Of a stretch of 64,000 bases of DNA, positions 37,645-47,636 are shown in pieces. Location: NCBI GenBank assembly GCA_027051165.1, contig JALTZZ010000011.1, positions 5,556 through 69,555 of the forward strand, given 5' to 3'. This DNA is from an archaeon. Its GTDB lineage: Archaea > Hydrothermarchaeota > Hydrothermarchaeia > JALTZZ01. Every line of letters begins with the position of its first letter. Position 1 is the first letter of the stretch. The translations under genes and the position numbers were made by a program. The notes under the pieces were generated by a model. It was not told the origin of the DNA and did no database searches. It saw nothing but the letters and a program-made list of their open reading frames with translations.

Positions 37645-39543
37645 TTACACCTCCTCTGTATATTCTCTTTTTATTTTAAACGGATTGTATTTTTTACCCC
37701 CACCTTCATAAAATTTGCTGAAGAACTCAACGTAATGAAGCCTTAAGCTGTGTATAAATGCTCCCAAGGTCTGTATAACAGTGTTAGCTAAGTGCCCCAC
37801 GATAAATATTATAGGTGCCAGTATATAACCCAAGATCGGTATTCCTTTTACAAGATTTACGAGTATGTTTATAGCCATCGCTATACCGCTTGTTGCTAAG
37901 GATAGAGCCAAGAGTCTTGCATAGCTGAGAATATCACCGAGAAGACCTGTTAAACTGAATATTCCTAGTGCTCCATAAAGGTAGAACACCGTTATAAGCC
38001 CTGCAGCAAGGAAAATAAAACTTGCTGGATTTACTCCCAAGATATACAATATTATGCCTATTTCTAACAAGAAGAACCATGCTTTTGATAGTTTTTCTTT
38101 GCCGTTTTTTGCTTTAAGGAACCCAAGCAGAAAACCTATGTTTATGTGTAAAACACCTATAGCTAATGCCATAACCAATATAAACATTATCGGCACAAGC
38201 TCCTTTCCAAATAAAACTACAGGCTCTGCTCCAAATGGATCTATTATACCTTGAACGTTGCCTATCTTTTTCAGGAAGTCTCCAAGATAGCTACCAAAGA
38301 TAGCTCCGAAAAACATTGCACTTATTCCACTTGCAGTTAAAATTATTCCTAAGTCTCTATATGTGCTCTTAAATCCGAGCCTTTTATACAGGAAGTATCC
38401 AACAAGTGCTACAATCGCTCCGTAGACGAAATCCGTAAGCATAATTCCAAAGAACAATATGAAGCCTATTGCTAATAGAGGTGTGGGATCAAATTCGTTG
38501 TACCTCGGAGGAGCGAAAGTCTCGGTTAATATCTCAAAAGGTCTAAATATCTTCGGATTGTCGAGCATCACGGGAATATCTTCGTTGGGATTCGGATCTT
38601 TAAGCTCAGCTATACAGTCAAACTTCCCAACCTCTTTAAGCACGTTGCTTGCATACTTCTCTGGCACGTAACCCTCGATTAAGTAAGTTCTTTTTGTCCT
38701 TCCAAAAAGATTAAATGCTTCCATCCTCTCCTTTTCTATATCGAGAAGCTCTAAAAATGCTAAAATTTGCTTTTCATATTTATCCTTATATTTTCCTACT
38801 TTGGCTATTATATCCTCGTTTTCTTTTTCAAGAGCCCTTATCTTCTCCTTAAGCTCGGATAAAACTTCAACCGGTTTTCCTTTAAATTCGGCTCTTATTT
38901 CTATGAAGCGATGTTTTCTTAAAGAATCTTCACATTTATCTATATCTTCCATTAAACCGATTATTATCAGAAATGCCTCATCTTCATACTCCTTAGAAAA
39001 GACGACAAAGTTTTCTTCAAGCTCTTTTTTTATTTTGTTTATACTTTCAAGATCAACGTATCCGGCTTTTATAAAAACTCTTTTACCTTTTCCCAAATAT
39101 CTAAGATCGAAGTCCAAATCTTTTATTTTTTCAACAAGCTTTAGGTTTTCCCTATATTCCGAGATTTTTTCGTTGTTTTCATTAAACTTCCTTCCCAAAG
39201 ATCTCAAATCATTCTCGAATTCCGATAAAAATTTTCTTACATCGTCGATGAGTTCACGTGTATTACTATACTTTTTAACCTTTACTTTCTCAGGTGGTTT
39301 TGGCAAGCTGAAACCTTTTTTCTTCTCTTCTGCAAGCTTTAATATATCTTTAAGGGAGTTAAGAGACATCTGAAGAGAAATCACATCTCTAAGTTCTTCT
39401 TTAGCGGTAGCTTTTTCCACATTTGGATCGTTTATTTCCCTAAGCTCTAAAACACCAATTTCATGCAGTTTTTTGACGAGTTCGTCCTTATCATTATCGT
39501 AAACGAGCAAGCTTATTTTTTTCATTCTCGCAGGTTTTAGCAT
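37645..39543 (-). CDS. atpI: A-type ATP synthase subunit I/a
   Basis: DPTP, LSYARLLAL, HSLRLHYVEFF. Confidence 0.95.
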   Translation of the reverse strand: MLKPARMKKISLLVYDNDKDELVKKLHEIGVLELREINDPNVEKATAKEELRDVISLQMSLNSLKDILKLAEEKKKGFSLPKPPEKVKVKKYSNTRELIDDVRKFLSEFENDLRSLGRKFNENNEKISEYRENLKLVEKIKDLDFDLRYLGKGKRVFIKAGYVDLESINKIKKELEENFVVFSKEYEDEAFLIIIGLMEDIDKCEDSLRKHRFIEIRAEFKGKPVEVLSELKEKIRALEKENEDIIAKVGKYKDKYEKQILAFLELLDIEKERMEAFNLFGRTKRTYLIEGYVPEKYASNVLKEVGKFDCIAELKDPNPNEDIPVMLDNPKIFRPFEILTETFAPPRYNEFDPTPLLAIGFILFFGIMLTDFVYGAIVALVGYFLYKRLGFKSTYRDLGIILTASGISAMFFGAIFGSYLGDFLKKIGNVQGIIDPFGAEPVVLFGKELVPIMFILVMALAIGVLHINIGFLLGFLKAKNGKEKLSKAWFFLLEIGIILYILGVNPASFIFLAAGLITVFYLYGALGIFSLTGLLGDILSYARLLALSLATSGIAMAINILVNLVKGIPILGYILAPIIFIVGHLANTVIQTLGAFIHSLRLHYVEFFSKFYEGGGKKYNPFKIKREYTEEV

Positions 39544-39547
39544 GGAC

Positions 39548-39862
39548 TCACCCTTTTAATATTTCATTTACAATTATTTCACTTGCTTTTTCTATTTTTG
39601 ACTTTGTTTTCTCAATTATTTCTTTTTTATTTTTTTCAGCTTCCTCTTTTATTTTTTCTGCTTCCTTTTCAGCTTCTTTTCTTGCTTTTTCCACCATTTT
39701 ATTTACTTCGTCTTTTGCCTCCTTTTCAGCTTTTGAAATAATTTCCCTTGCTTCTTCCTCAGCTTTTTTTATAATCTCCTTTGCCTTTTCCCTTGCTTCT
39801 GCAACAATTTTTTCTGCCTCTTCTTCTGCTTCTCTAACCCTTATTAACGCCTCTGCGATCAT
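39548..39862 (-). CDS. atpH: A-type ATP synthase subunit H/G
   Basis: EAEEEA coiled coil immediately upstream of atpI. Confidence 0.85.
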   Translation of the reverse strand: MIAEALIRVREAEEEAEKIVAEAREKAKEIIKKAEEEAREIISKAEKEAKDEVNKMVEKARKEAEKEAEKIKEEAEKNKKEIIEKTKSKIEKASEIIVNEILKG

Positions 39863-40311
39863 TCAACCACCTCTTGCTTTCTGCATGGTGTGATAACAAG
39901 AGGGATAAATATATCTATTCCAACCCGTCTAACGAGCCTCTCAGTTACGCTACCGATCATCTTTCTCGTAAGGAAGTCTTTTCCATAAGATCCGAGGAAT
40001 AGGACTGCCACATCTTTATCTTCTTTTATCTCCTTTAAAATTTCCTCGGGAACCCAGCCTTCCCTTAGCTTTGTCTCAACTTCTATACCTTCTGCTTCTA
40101 AAACCTTTTTTCCCTCTTCAAGAATTTTTTCACCCTTCTTCTTTAAATCTCCGTAGAGCTCCTTAATTCTAATACCGAGCAGAGAGGATATTCTCTTAGT
40201 TTCAACAACATGAAGAAGTTTTACCTTAAGATTAAGCTTCTTTGCAAGCTTTGCAACGCTTGTAAGCAATAAAGGACATGCCCCATCTGTAGCTACAAGT
40301 ATTTTTTTCAT
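39859..40311 (-). CDS. Universal stress protein
   Basis: MKKILVATDG, LHVVE, LGSYGK...IGSVTERLVR. Confidence 0.88.
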   Translation of the reverse strand: MKKILVATDGACPLLLTSVAKLAKKLNLKVKLLHVVETKRISSLLGIRIKELYGDLKKKGEKILEEGKKVLEAEGIEVETKLREGWVPEEILKEIKEDKDVAVLFLGSYGKDFLTRKMIGSVTERLVRRVGIDIFIPLVITPCRKQEVVE

Positions 40312-40360
40312 TCTTCAACCTCCCAAGTGGATAACCAAAACCAATGTTGACCTCATCGCT

Positions 40361-40376
40361 ATTTATAAACTTTTCG
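40361..40376 (-). promoter_or_regulatory. BRE-TATA promoter of the usp-atp operon
   Basis: Minus strand CGAAAAG-TTTATAAAT about 50 bp upstream of the usp ATG. Confidence 0.6.
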
Positions 40377-40514
40377 CCCATCTACATGTCCACGTGAATA
40401 TATAAAAGTTTTTTGTATATAGAATATATAAAGTATAGATTGAATATAGATTTATGCAACAAAGGAGACCAACAATATTAACCAAACGTTACAACTTGAG
40501 CTTACTAAGAAAGG

Positions 40515-40871
40515 GTGTTGACATTGATAGACGAAGAATTCAGAAGAAGATACCCCAATCTTGCAAGAGAGATTGAGGAAAATCTTATGAGTTTAAAAAT
40601 AGATGGTATTAGGAGTAGCATTGAAGAGGCAGAAAAAGCTGCAAATATAGAGCACTACGAGCCTACAGTTATAGATTTTCTCAGAAGGTGCGAAACCGAA
40701 GAGGAGGGTCTTGAGGTTATTGAATATCTTGAAAAGAGGGGAGAGATAAGCAGAGAGTATGCAGCAAAACTGAAAATACAGCTACTAACAAAAGGGATCA
40801 GAAGTTTTGGTCCAAAAAAAGAACCCGGATACTACTACAGGTTTTTTGGATATAAAGATGAAGAAGATTAG
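40515..40871 (+). CDS. DUF2095-like conserved archaeal protein
   Basis: YPNLARE, PTVIDFLRRC, LEKRGEI, GIRSFG. Confidence 0.75.
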   Translation: MLTLIDEEFRRRYPNLAREIEENLMSLKIDGIRSSIEEAEKAANIEHYEPTVIDFLRRCETEEEGLEVIEYLEKRGEISREYAAKLKIQLLTKGIRSFGPKKEPGYYYRFFGYKDEED

Positions 40872-42181
40872 CTCCAGAAGAGCACCAAGAATATATATCC
40901 TAAGAATGTTGAGTAGATCATGTATGGTAAGCCATACTTCATGAAATCTATGGATCTTATAGGATAACCGACTCTTTCGGATATCCCAGCCACGACTATG
41001 TTTGCAGATGCACCTATGAGGGTTCCGTTTCCGCCGAAACATGCTCCTAAGGACAACGCCCATATAAGAGGTGTCGCATCTATTCCTACGGTTCTTGATA
41101 TTGTATCTATGAGAGGTAGCATAGTAGCTGTTAAGGGTATGTTATTTATAAATGCCGAAAGGAATGCCATAAACCAGACTATAACCGTTATTGCCAATAA
41201 AGTATTTTCTCCAATAAGATTAGATATTGAATAAGCAAGCTTATCAATTAATCCAACATTTTCAGCTCCTCTAATAACTACAAACAAAAATGCAAAAAAG
41301 AGTAAAGTGGGCCATTCTACATACTCTAACACTTCCTCTATAGTAAATTTCCTTCTTCCAACTAAAATTAAAAGTAAAGATGCACTTGTAAGTGCTATTA
41401 TTGCTATATTTAGTCCAAGCTTTTTTTGAAGCAAAAACATTAGAATTAATATAAACAAAACAAATAATGATTTTATAAGCAACATCTTATCTTTTATTAA
41501 ATTTTTTTCTGAAATGCTTCTTAGCACGGCTTCGTTAATCTTATTTTTTTTAATATAATCTTTTGTGATAAGGTAGAAGTATGGTATTGATAAGGTTAGG
41601 ACAAAGACTACTAAGGGGAGCATTGTGGGCTTATTTTCATATATTATAAAATCTGAAAAACTTAGGTCCGCATAAGCAGCGATTAAGATGTTCGGTGGAT
41701 CTCCCACAAGTGTTCCAGTTCCTCCTACATTTGATGCTAAAGCGATGATTATTAGTATGGGCACAGGATTTATTTTTAGTAGGTAAGCAACTTCTATAAG
41801 CGGAGGTGTTGTTAATAGAACTGTTGTTACATTATCAAGGATCATTGAAGAAAATGCTGTTAGCATTGCAAATGATATCATTATCAGAAATAAATTTCCC
41901 TTAGATTTCTTTAAAATTTTTACCCCCAACCACTGAAAAACTCCCGTATGCGCTATAATTGATACAATTATCATCATTCCTAAAAGCAATCCTATTACCT
42001 CAAAATCTATTGCAAGAATAGCCTCTTCCCACGTTAAAAAGCCGAAATACGTTCCGGCGAGAACCATTGCAACCGCACCTATGAGTGCAGCAACGGTTTG
42101 ATGAAAAACGTCGAATATTATGAGAAGATATGTTACCAAGAATATTGCTGTTGCTACATAGAAAGACATGTCCGCCTCCAT
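40868..42181 (-). CDS. ArsB/NhaD (ion transporter superfamily) permease
   Basis: LDNVTT, ASNVGGTGTLVGDPPN, NNIP, GGNGTLIGASAN. Confidence 0.88.
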   Translation of the reverse strand: MEADMSFYVATAIFLVTYLLIIFDVFHQTVAALIGAVAMVLAGTYFGFLTWEEAILAIDFEVIGLLLGMMIIVSIIAHTGVFQWLGVKILKKSKGNLFLIMISFAMLTAFSSMILDNVTTVLLTTPPLIEVAYLLKINPVPILIIIALASNVGGTGTLVGDPPNILIAAYADLSFSDFIIYENKPTMLPLVVFVLTLSIPYFYLITKDYIKKNKINEAVLRSISEKNLIKDKMLLIKSLFVLFILILMFLLQKKLGLNIAIIALTSASLLLILVGRRKFTIEEVLEYVEWPTLLFFAFLFVVIRGAENVGLIDKLAYSISNLIGENTLLAITVIVWFMAFLSAFINNIPLTATMLPLIDTISRTVGIDATPLIWALSLGACFGGNGTLIGASANIVVAGISERVGYPIRSIDFMKYGLPYMIYSTFLGYIFLVLFWS

Positions 42182-42481
42182 ACAACAATCTTCTCCAAAA
42201 GCTGACGTTCTAATTTATAATTATAAATCATTAAAATTTGTGATGCACCTTAACAGGGTGGTGGTGCTTTAACTGCATGTTTAAAGTTTTCTTTAATAAA
42301 TCTTTTTTAAATTTTTCAAATATACAATAAATTCTAAAAAACAACAAGCTTTTTTATTGTTCAAAATAATTTTTTAAGTTTCCTGCCTAAAAAGTTCAAT
42401 TTGAAACATGCACCATGTTCGAAAGGTTTAAAAATGTGAAGGTATCATTTATTTGGGGTTTCAACATAAGGAGGAATAAGC

Positions 42482-43852
42482 TTGAGGTTCGATGTCGTCA
42501 TAATAGGCGCTGGACCCGCTGGTCTCTTTGCCGCTTATGAACTCTCCACAAAAAGCAATCTCAAAGTCCTCATCATAGAAATGGGTAAGGACGTTGAAAA
42601 AAGAGTGTGTCCAATGGAAAAAACTGGTGAGTGCATAAACTGCAAGCCGTGCAATGTTATGAGCGGTGTTGGCGGTAGCGGAGGCTTAAGCGATGGAACG
42701 CTGAATTTAAGACCCGACATAGGAGGAAATCTATACGAATACATGAGCGAGGAAGAAGCTTGGGAGCTTGTAAACTACGTTGATTCCATATGGATAAGGT
42801 TCGGTGCTCCAAAAAAGCTATATAAGGCGACAAGCAGAGAGGAAGAGGAGCTTTCAAGAAGAGCTGCAAGTGCCGGGATAGAGTTCATCCAAATACCTCA
42901 GAGACACATTGGAAGCGACTACACGCCGAAGGTAATAGCTAATATAAGAGATTTCTTAAGAGAGAAAGGAGTTCAGTTTATGCTTGAAACAGAGGTCGTT
43001 AAAATCGAAAAAGATGGGGTCATCCTTAAAGATGGAAGAAAAATAGAATCTAAGTATATAATCTCAGCCCCGGGAAGAGCTGGTGCAAACTTCATGCTTA
43101 ATCAGGCAAAGAGGCTCGGAATAAAGTTTAGACATGGACCTATAGACGTCGGTGTCAGAGTGGAGGTTCCAGCGATAGTTATGGAGGAAGTATGCTCTAT
43201 AAACAGGGATCCAAAGTTTCACATAATTACAAGAACATATGACGACTTCGTTAGAACATTCTGTGTAAATCATAGAGGTTTCGTTGTAAAAGAAACATAT
43301 AAAGGATATGTTGGTGTAAATGGTCACAGCCTAAGAGATAAGCAGACAAACAATACAAATTTTGCTTTTCTGGTTAGAATAGAGCTTACGGAGCCTATAG
43401 AAAACTCGACGGTTTACGGAGAGAGCATTGCAAAAACAGCCACAGTTCTCGGTGGCGGGAATCCTCTGATACAGAGGCTTGGAGATTTAAGAAGGGGTAG
43501 GAGAAGCACTTGGAATAGGATAAACAGAGGACTCGTAAAGCCTACGCTGAAGAGCGTTACGCCCGGGGATATAAGCATGGTGATGCCGCACAGAATTGTT
43601 ACAGACATACTTGAAGGATTGGAAAAATTGGATAGGGTTATCCCAGGAGTCGCAAGCGATTCAACGCTGCTGTATGCACCAGAAATAAAATACTACGCAA
43701 TGAAGGTTGAAGTTAACAAATATATGCAGACAAACATTCCAAATATATTCGTCGCTGGAGACGGCGTAGGCGTTTCAAGAGGACTTATAATCGCAAGTGC
43801 AACCGGCGTTTTAGCTGCAAGAGGCGTTTTAAAAGAATTAGGTATCTTGTAA
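42482..43852 (+). CDS. NAD(P)/FAD-dependent oxidoreductase (uncharacterised family)
   Basis: IIGAGPAG, GGSGGLSDG, RHIGSD, VRTFC, PEIKYY, AGDG. Confidence 0.88.
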   Translation: MRFDVVIIGAGPAGLFAAYELSTKSNLKVLIIEMGKDVEKRVCPMEKTGECINCKPCNVMSGVGGSGGLSDGTLNLRPDIGGNLYEYMSEEEAWELVNYVDSIWIRFGAPKKLYKATSREEEELSRRAASAGIEFIQIPQRHIGSDYTPKVIANIRDFLREKGVQFMLETEVVKIEKDGVILKDGRKIESKYIISAPGRAGANFMLNQAKRLGIKFRHGPIDVGVRVEVPAIVMEEVCSINRDPKFHIITRTYDDFVRTFCVNHRGFVVKETYKGYVGVNGHSLRDKQTNNTNFAFLVRIELTEPIENSTVYGESIAKTATVLGGGNPLIQRLGDLRRGRRSTWNRINRGLVKPTLKSVTPGDISMVMPHRIVTDILEGLEKLDRVIPGVASDSTLLYAPEIKYYAMKVEVNKYMQTNIPNIFVAGDGVGVSRGLIIASATGVLAARGVLKELGIL

Positions 43853-43982
43853 TTTTTAAATCGCTCTTATATCTTTTCTGGTTGGTAGCTGAACAAATGC
43901 AACATGATTTTAAGCTTAAAAGCGAGAAGTTTCAACTAAAAGGGTTATAAGGCGTTTTTAAATTAATGCGGGTATTTCATCT

Positions 43983-45056
43983 TTGAAGGCTTTTCCCAAC
44001 GTTATTTCAGAGATCTCAGAGACTTCCGCTGTGCCAACTAATTCTACGAAAATTAACATTCAGGGGTCAAAATTGAATGAAGCAGTAGAAGAGCTTAATA
44101 AAATGGTAAAGTTTAGTTTAAACGGAAAATACTTCTATACTACTAAGGGAAGCAGACTTTTAAGGATTTTACCAATAATAAGGAAGAGAAAAGTATTTAC
44201 CACGAGAGACATAGCCAAAGAGCTTGGAGAAGATGTAAGGAGAATATCAGACGTCTTAACATTATTATACAAGAGAGGAGCAATTGAGAGAACACCTGTA
44301 ATATCCTTAGACAGGAACGTAAGGGAAAGAATTTACTACCTGAAAGGCTATGAATACTTAGTTCCAGAGTATTTACTAAACAAATTAGATCCAGATGACA
44401 GGAAGTTTATTGAAGAGCTTATTTTTTCAAAGACTTTGAAGAGTAGCATAAGGCTAGAAAAAGAAGGATTCAGAAACTTCAAAGTCTTAAACAACTTTGT
44501 AAAAGTAGGCTTAGTAAAGAAGAAGACTATACATCTTTGGCACGAAAACGATAGATCCCTAGTAAACGTATTCTATTCACCAAGGCTAAAAGAAAAAGAA
44601 ATTGAGAGACTTATAGAGAAAGAAAAGGAAATACTAAGGGAATACGTTAAAAATGCTGTAAGGAACGGTAGAACACTTGAAAAAGAGGTAGAAGAGTTAG
44701 CATGGAAAATAACCTTTAAGCCTGTTGACGTAAAGAGAAACCAAAGGATAAAGCTTAGAAATGGCATTGAAGTAGAGTTCGATGTTATAGCTATTTTTAA
44801 GCCATTCATTAAAGATAAACCAATAGGCTACTGCTATGGCAAGTGTTTAGTTGTAGCGTTTAGCTGCAAGGAGCTCGCAAGCGGTAACTCAGTTCTCGAG
44901 ATAGTAGCGAATGCAAGGGACATATTCCCTAATGCTATAGTTGTCTTGGTTGCAGAGAATATAACAGAAAGCGTTCTAAGAGAAGCAGAAAAGAGGGAAA
45001 TATTACTTATAGCAAGTAAAAAGCTCAAAGAGTTAAGAGAATTAGCAAAGGACTAA
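43983..45056 (+). CDS. wHTH plus PD-(D/E)XK restriction-endonuclease-like protein (start possibly TTG 44073)
   Basis: FTTRDIAKELG...ISDVLTLLYKRGAIER wHTH; GRTLEKEV...EFDVIA...VAFSCK nuclease core. Confidence 0.7.
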   Translation: MKAFPNVISEISETSAVPTNSTKINIQGSKLNEAVEELNKMVKFSLNGKYFYTTKGSRLLRILPIIRKRKVFTTRDIAKELGEDVRRISDVLTLLYKRGAIERTPVISLDRNVRERIYYLKGYEYLVPEYLLNKLDPDDRKFIEELIFSKTLKSSIRLEKEGFRNFKVLNNFVKVGLVKKKTIHLWHENDRSLVNVFYSPRLKEKEIERLIEKEKEILREYVKNAVRNGRTLEKEVEELAWKITFKPVDVKRNQRIKLRNGIEVEFDVIAIFKPFIKDKPIGYCYGKCLVVAFSCKELASGNSVLEIVANARDIFPNAIVVLVAENITESVLREAEKREILLIASKKLKELRELAKD

Positions 45057-45080
45057 CTAACAACGATTTTCCATAGTTCC

Positions 45081-46475
45081 ATGGATAAAGAAGAAAAAAT
45101 AAAAGTATTGGAACTATTGTATCAATCTGGCATTGTCTCAATACCATATATTTTTTCAGTGCTATACGAGAAAAAAGATGCATGCTTAGACATTAGATTT
45201 AAGAGAAGAAAAATAAAACAGCTTCAGCGGTTTTTCAATGAGCTACATGACTTAGGAATCGTGAAAAAAGAGAGATATGGGAAGATTGTTTTTTACAAAT
45301 TAAACGAAGTCCGCAAGGACATAATTAGCTCGGTAATTAAGACAAAGTATTATTCAAAAAAATCAAAAAGGTCAAATTCGCTTCAAAAGCTTTTTTACAT
45401 CGTAAATTCGTTAGATAATAAGGAAAATTTAACGGGAAGAATGAAAAATATAGATATTTTAAGCAATACAATAATGCTAAATAACGATGTCAAAGCGAAA
45501 ATAATAAACGAATTTTTGTATTATATCATGAACATAAACAATAAAATCGTTATTTTCAAAAAAACGGAAGATAAACATGAAATAACAGAGGACGGCTCAG
45601 TTATTCTATATGACCAACCAGAGTATTTAGCATATGACTACAGGGTAAGGTTTAATTCGGCAAGATGGTTCAAAAATGTAAACAGATTTATAAGAAATGC
45701 ATTTGAGGAAGCAGGAAAGAGATTTAAATGGGCAGTTCACATAACTTTAACGGTAAATCCTAAGAAGTTTAACAACCACGTAGAAACAGTAATAAAAGCA
45801 AAAAAGCAATTAAACAGTTTTTTAACAACATTACGTTATCAGCAAAAGAAATTATATGAAAAGGGCTTAAGCAAACATAAAAAACTATATTATTTATGCT
45901 TTACAGAATTCGGGGAAGAAAACGGGTTAATACATTTTCATCTTATAGTTTTTGGAAGAAGAAGGATAGCAGATATTAAAAACTTAGAAGAAAAGAAATG
46001 GAAAATAGGCTATGTAAAAGCGAAACAATTAGTTTATAAGCGTGGAATTGGATGGACTTACCCCAAATGGAAGAACCGACCAAAAGATTTTGACAAAAGA
46101 GTTAAAAAAATTTTAGGCAACAAATATAGCTTTAAATTCCCAATTAAGCTATATTTCTACTTCTCATTACCTAAGATGAAGAAGAAGGATGATAAATTAG
46201 AGAAAGATGATTACGATGGCTTAGATCCTTACTTTTTATTAAATTATGCTTTATTGTTTACATACAATCTAAAGTATATCACTTACAGCAGAAACATTTT
46301 AAAGTGGAACGTAGAACCTTATGGAATAAGATATATTGACCTTCCAAATGATAACTATGAATTTTTTGCTGTATGCTATGAATGGGATCTAAAAACAACT
46401 TTTATTGGAAAGTATAGCTTATATGATTTGCTGTTTTATTCGGATGCTTTTATCATAAAATCGAAAGGAGGTTGA
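45081..46475 (+). CDS. HUH-superfamily rolling-circle replication initiator with N-terminal wHTH
   Basis: Motif I HITLTVNP; EFG..GLIHFHLIVFG motif II; W..G; motif III atypical (LYFYFSLPK). Confidence 0.8.
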   Translation: MDKEEKIKVLELLYQSGIVSIPYIFSVLYEKKDACLDIRFKRRKIKQLQRFFNELHDLGIVKKERYGKIVFYKLNEVRKDIISSVIKTKYYSKKSKRSNSLQKLFYIVNSLDNKENLTGRMKNIDILSNTIMLNNDVKAKIINEFLYYIMNINNKIVIFKKTEDKHEITEDGSVILYDQPEYLAYDYRVRFNSARWFKNVNRFIRNAFEEAGKRFKWAVHITLTVNPKKFNNHVETVIKAKKQLNSFLTTLRYQQKKLYEKGLSKHKKLYYLCFTEFGEENGLIHFHLIVFGRRRIADIKNLEEKKWKIGYVKAKQLVYKRGIGWTYPKWKNRPKDFDKRVKKILGNKYSFKFPIKLYFYFSLPKMKKKDDKLEKDDYDGLDPYFLLNYALLFTYNLKYITYSRNILKWNVEPYGIRYIDLPNDNYEFFAVCYEWDLKTTFIGKYSLYDLLFYSDAFIIKSKGG

Positions 46476-46939
46476 GAACAATGACAGAAACGTATGGATA
46501 TTTTTGCCCAAAATGCGAAATAAGGTGGGTAAGATATCTAAATAAGGGAGAATTTTTAGCTTGTGGTTGTGGGGTAAAAAAGGAAGATGCTCCATATATA
46601 TACAGAAAGCACTATGGAAACGATAGAACGCAAATCTACATAAAATTCAAAGACATAATAATAGAAAGAACCTTTAAAACAGAGGAAACGAAGAAAATAG
46701 AAGAAGAATTAAAGAAGCTAGTAAAAGGAAACAAATACGAAGATTTACTAAAGAAAGCGATAGAAAACGCTTTGTATGGAATGAGTCACTACGACCACTA
46801 TTGGGTAAGGTGCAGAAAATGCAAACACTATCTAGGAAGACTTAGAAAAAGAAAATGTAAGCTCCACAGATGGCTTAGTATTGGTTGCAAAGATTTTATA
46901 AAAAGAAAAAAGCCATTAAATGATATAATAGCAATATAG
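46472..46939 (+). CDS. Zn-finger protein
   Basis: CPKC..CGC at the N-terminus; CRKC...C..H...C at the C-terminus. Confidence 0.65.
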   Translation: MRTMTETYGYFCPKCEIRWVRYLNKGEFLACGCGVKKEDAPYIYRKHYGNDRTQIYIKFKDIIIERTFKTEETKKIEEELKKLVKGNKYEDLLKKAIENALYGMSHYDHYWVRCRKCKHYLGRLRKRKCKLHRWLSIGCKDFIKRKKPLNDIIAI

Positions 46940-46941
46940 AG

Positions 46942-47178
46942 GTGAATAAGATGCCATTCAGTAGAAAAGAAAGAAAATTTCTGGAAGAACTACTTAAGCT
47001 TAATAAACCAAGTGCAGATGATGTAGTAAGAGCATTTTACAAAGTTTATGGAGAGAACAATCATGCAAACTATCCTTACGTAGTAAAGCATAGAATAAAA
47101 AAGAAAGTAGAACAAATGGAAGAAGATTTAGAATTATACTACAAAGTTCAGCATATTTTACAGCTATTAGGCTACTGA
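46942..47178 (+). CDS. Small hypothetical (DNA-binding-like) protein
   Basis: Basic helical 78 aa, GAGGTG at start, end of the Rep operon. Confidence 0.6.
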   Translation: MNKMPFSRKERKFLEELLKLNKPSADDVVRAFYKVYGENNHANYPYVVKHRIKKKVEQMEEDLELYYKVQHILQLLGY

Positions 47179-47636
47179 CAGCAATTATAAGCAGAATACC
47201 TATAAACTAACGGTCTTAATTTATCCTTATTTTATATATTTTAAGAATGAAATAGGATTTTTGATATCTGCTGCCTGCTGAGCTCCTGCAGGATCTTGCT
47301 ATGGTCCTATGCACATTAATTAATATTTTATAATGTAGTTTATTATAGATCATAAGTTTGTAAGCGCTTCTGGAACTTCCGGAAACCTAATCAGAGCCTA
47401 TAAGCTCTAAGCTGCAGATGTCTAACAACAATCTGTAAGAATGGACCATTATGACAACTATATGTAAGATATGCAACTGTTACATGATTATGCACAACCA
47501 TATAAATAAGCATAAATTAAGCTTAATATTCAAAAATAAGGAAATTAAACAAAAATTGTAAAAAGTAACTCACGCCAAACCGTTGGTAACAAACCTCAGT
47601 TACTTTTATTAATATTAAAAAGATGTATTATAAAGC
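47179..47636. other. Non-coding palindrome-rich region; putative replication origin
   Basis: Nested inverted repeats and a 10-bp stem (47561-47570/47598-47607) downstream of the rep operon. Confidence 0.5.

Noticed and set aside
40330-40365. Fluoride riboswitch-like GCGATGAGG upstream of usp
   Set aside because: Pairing partners absent; it lies directly after the TATA box, upstream of the likely transcription start
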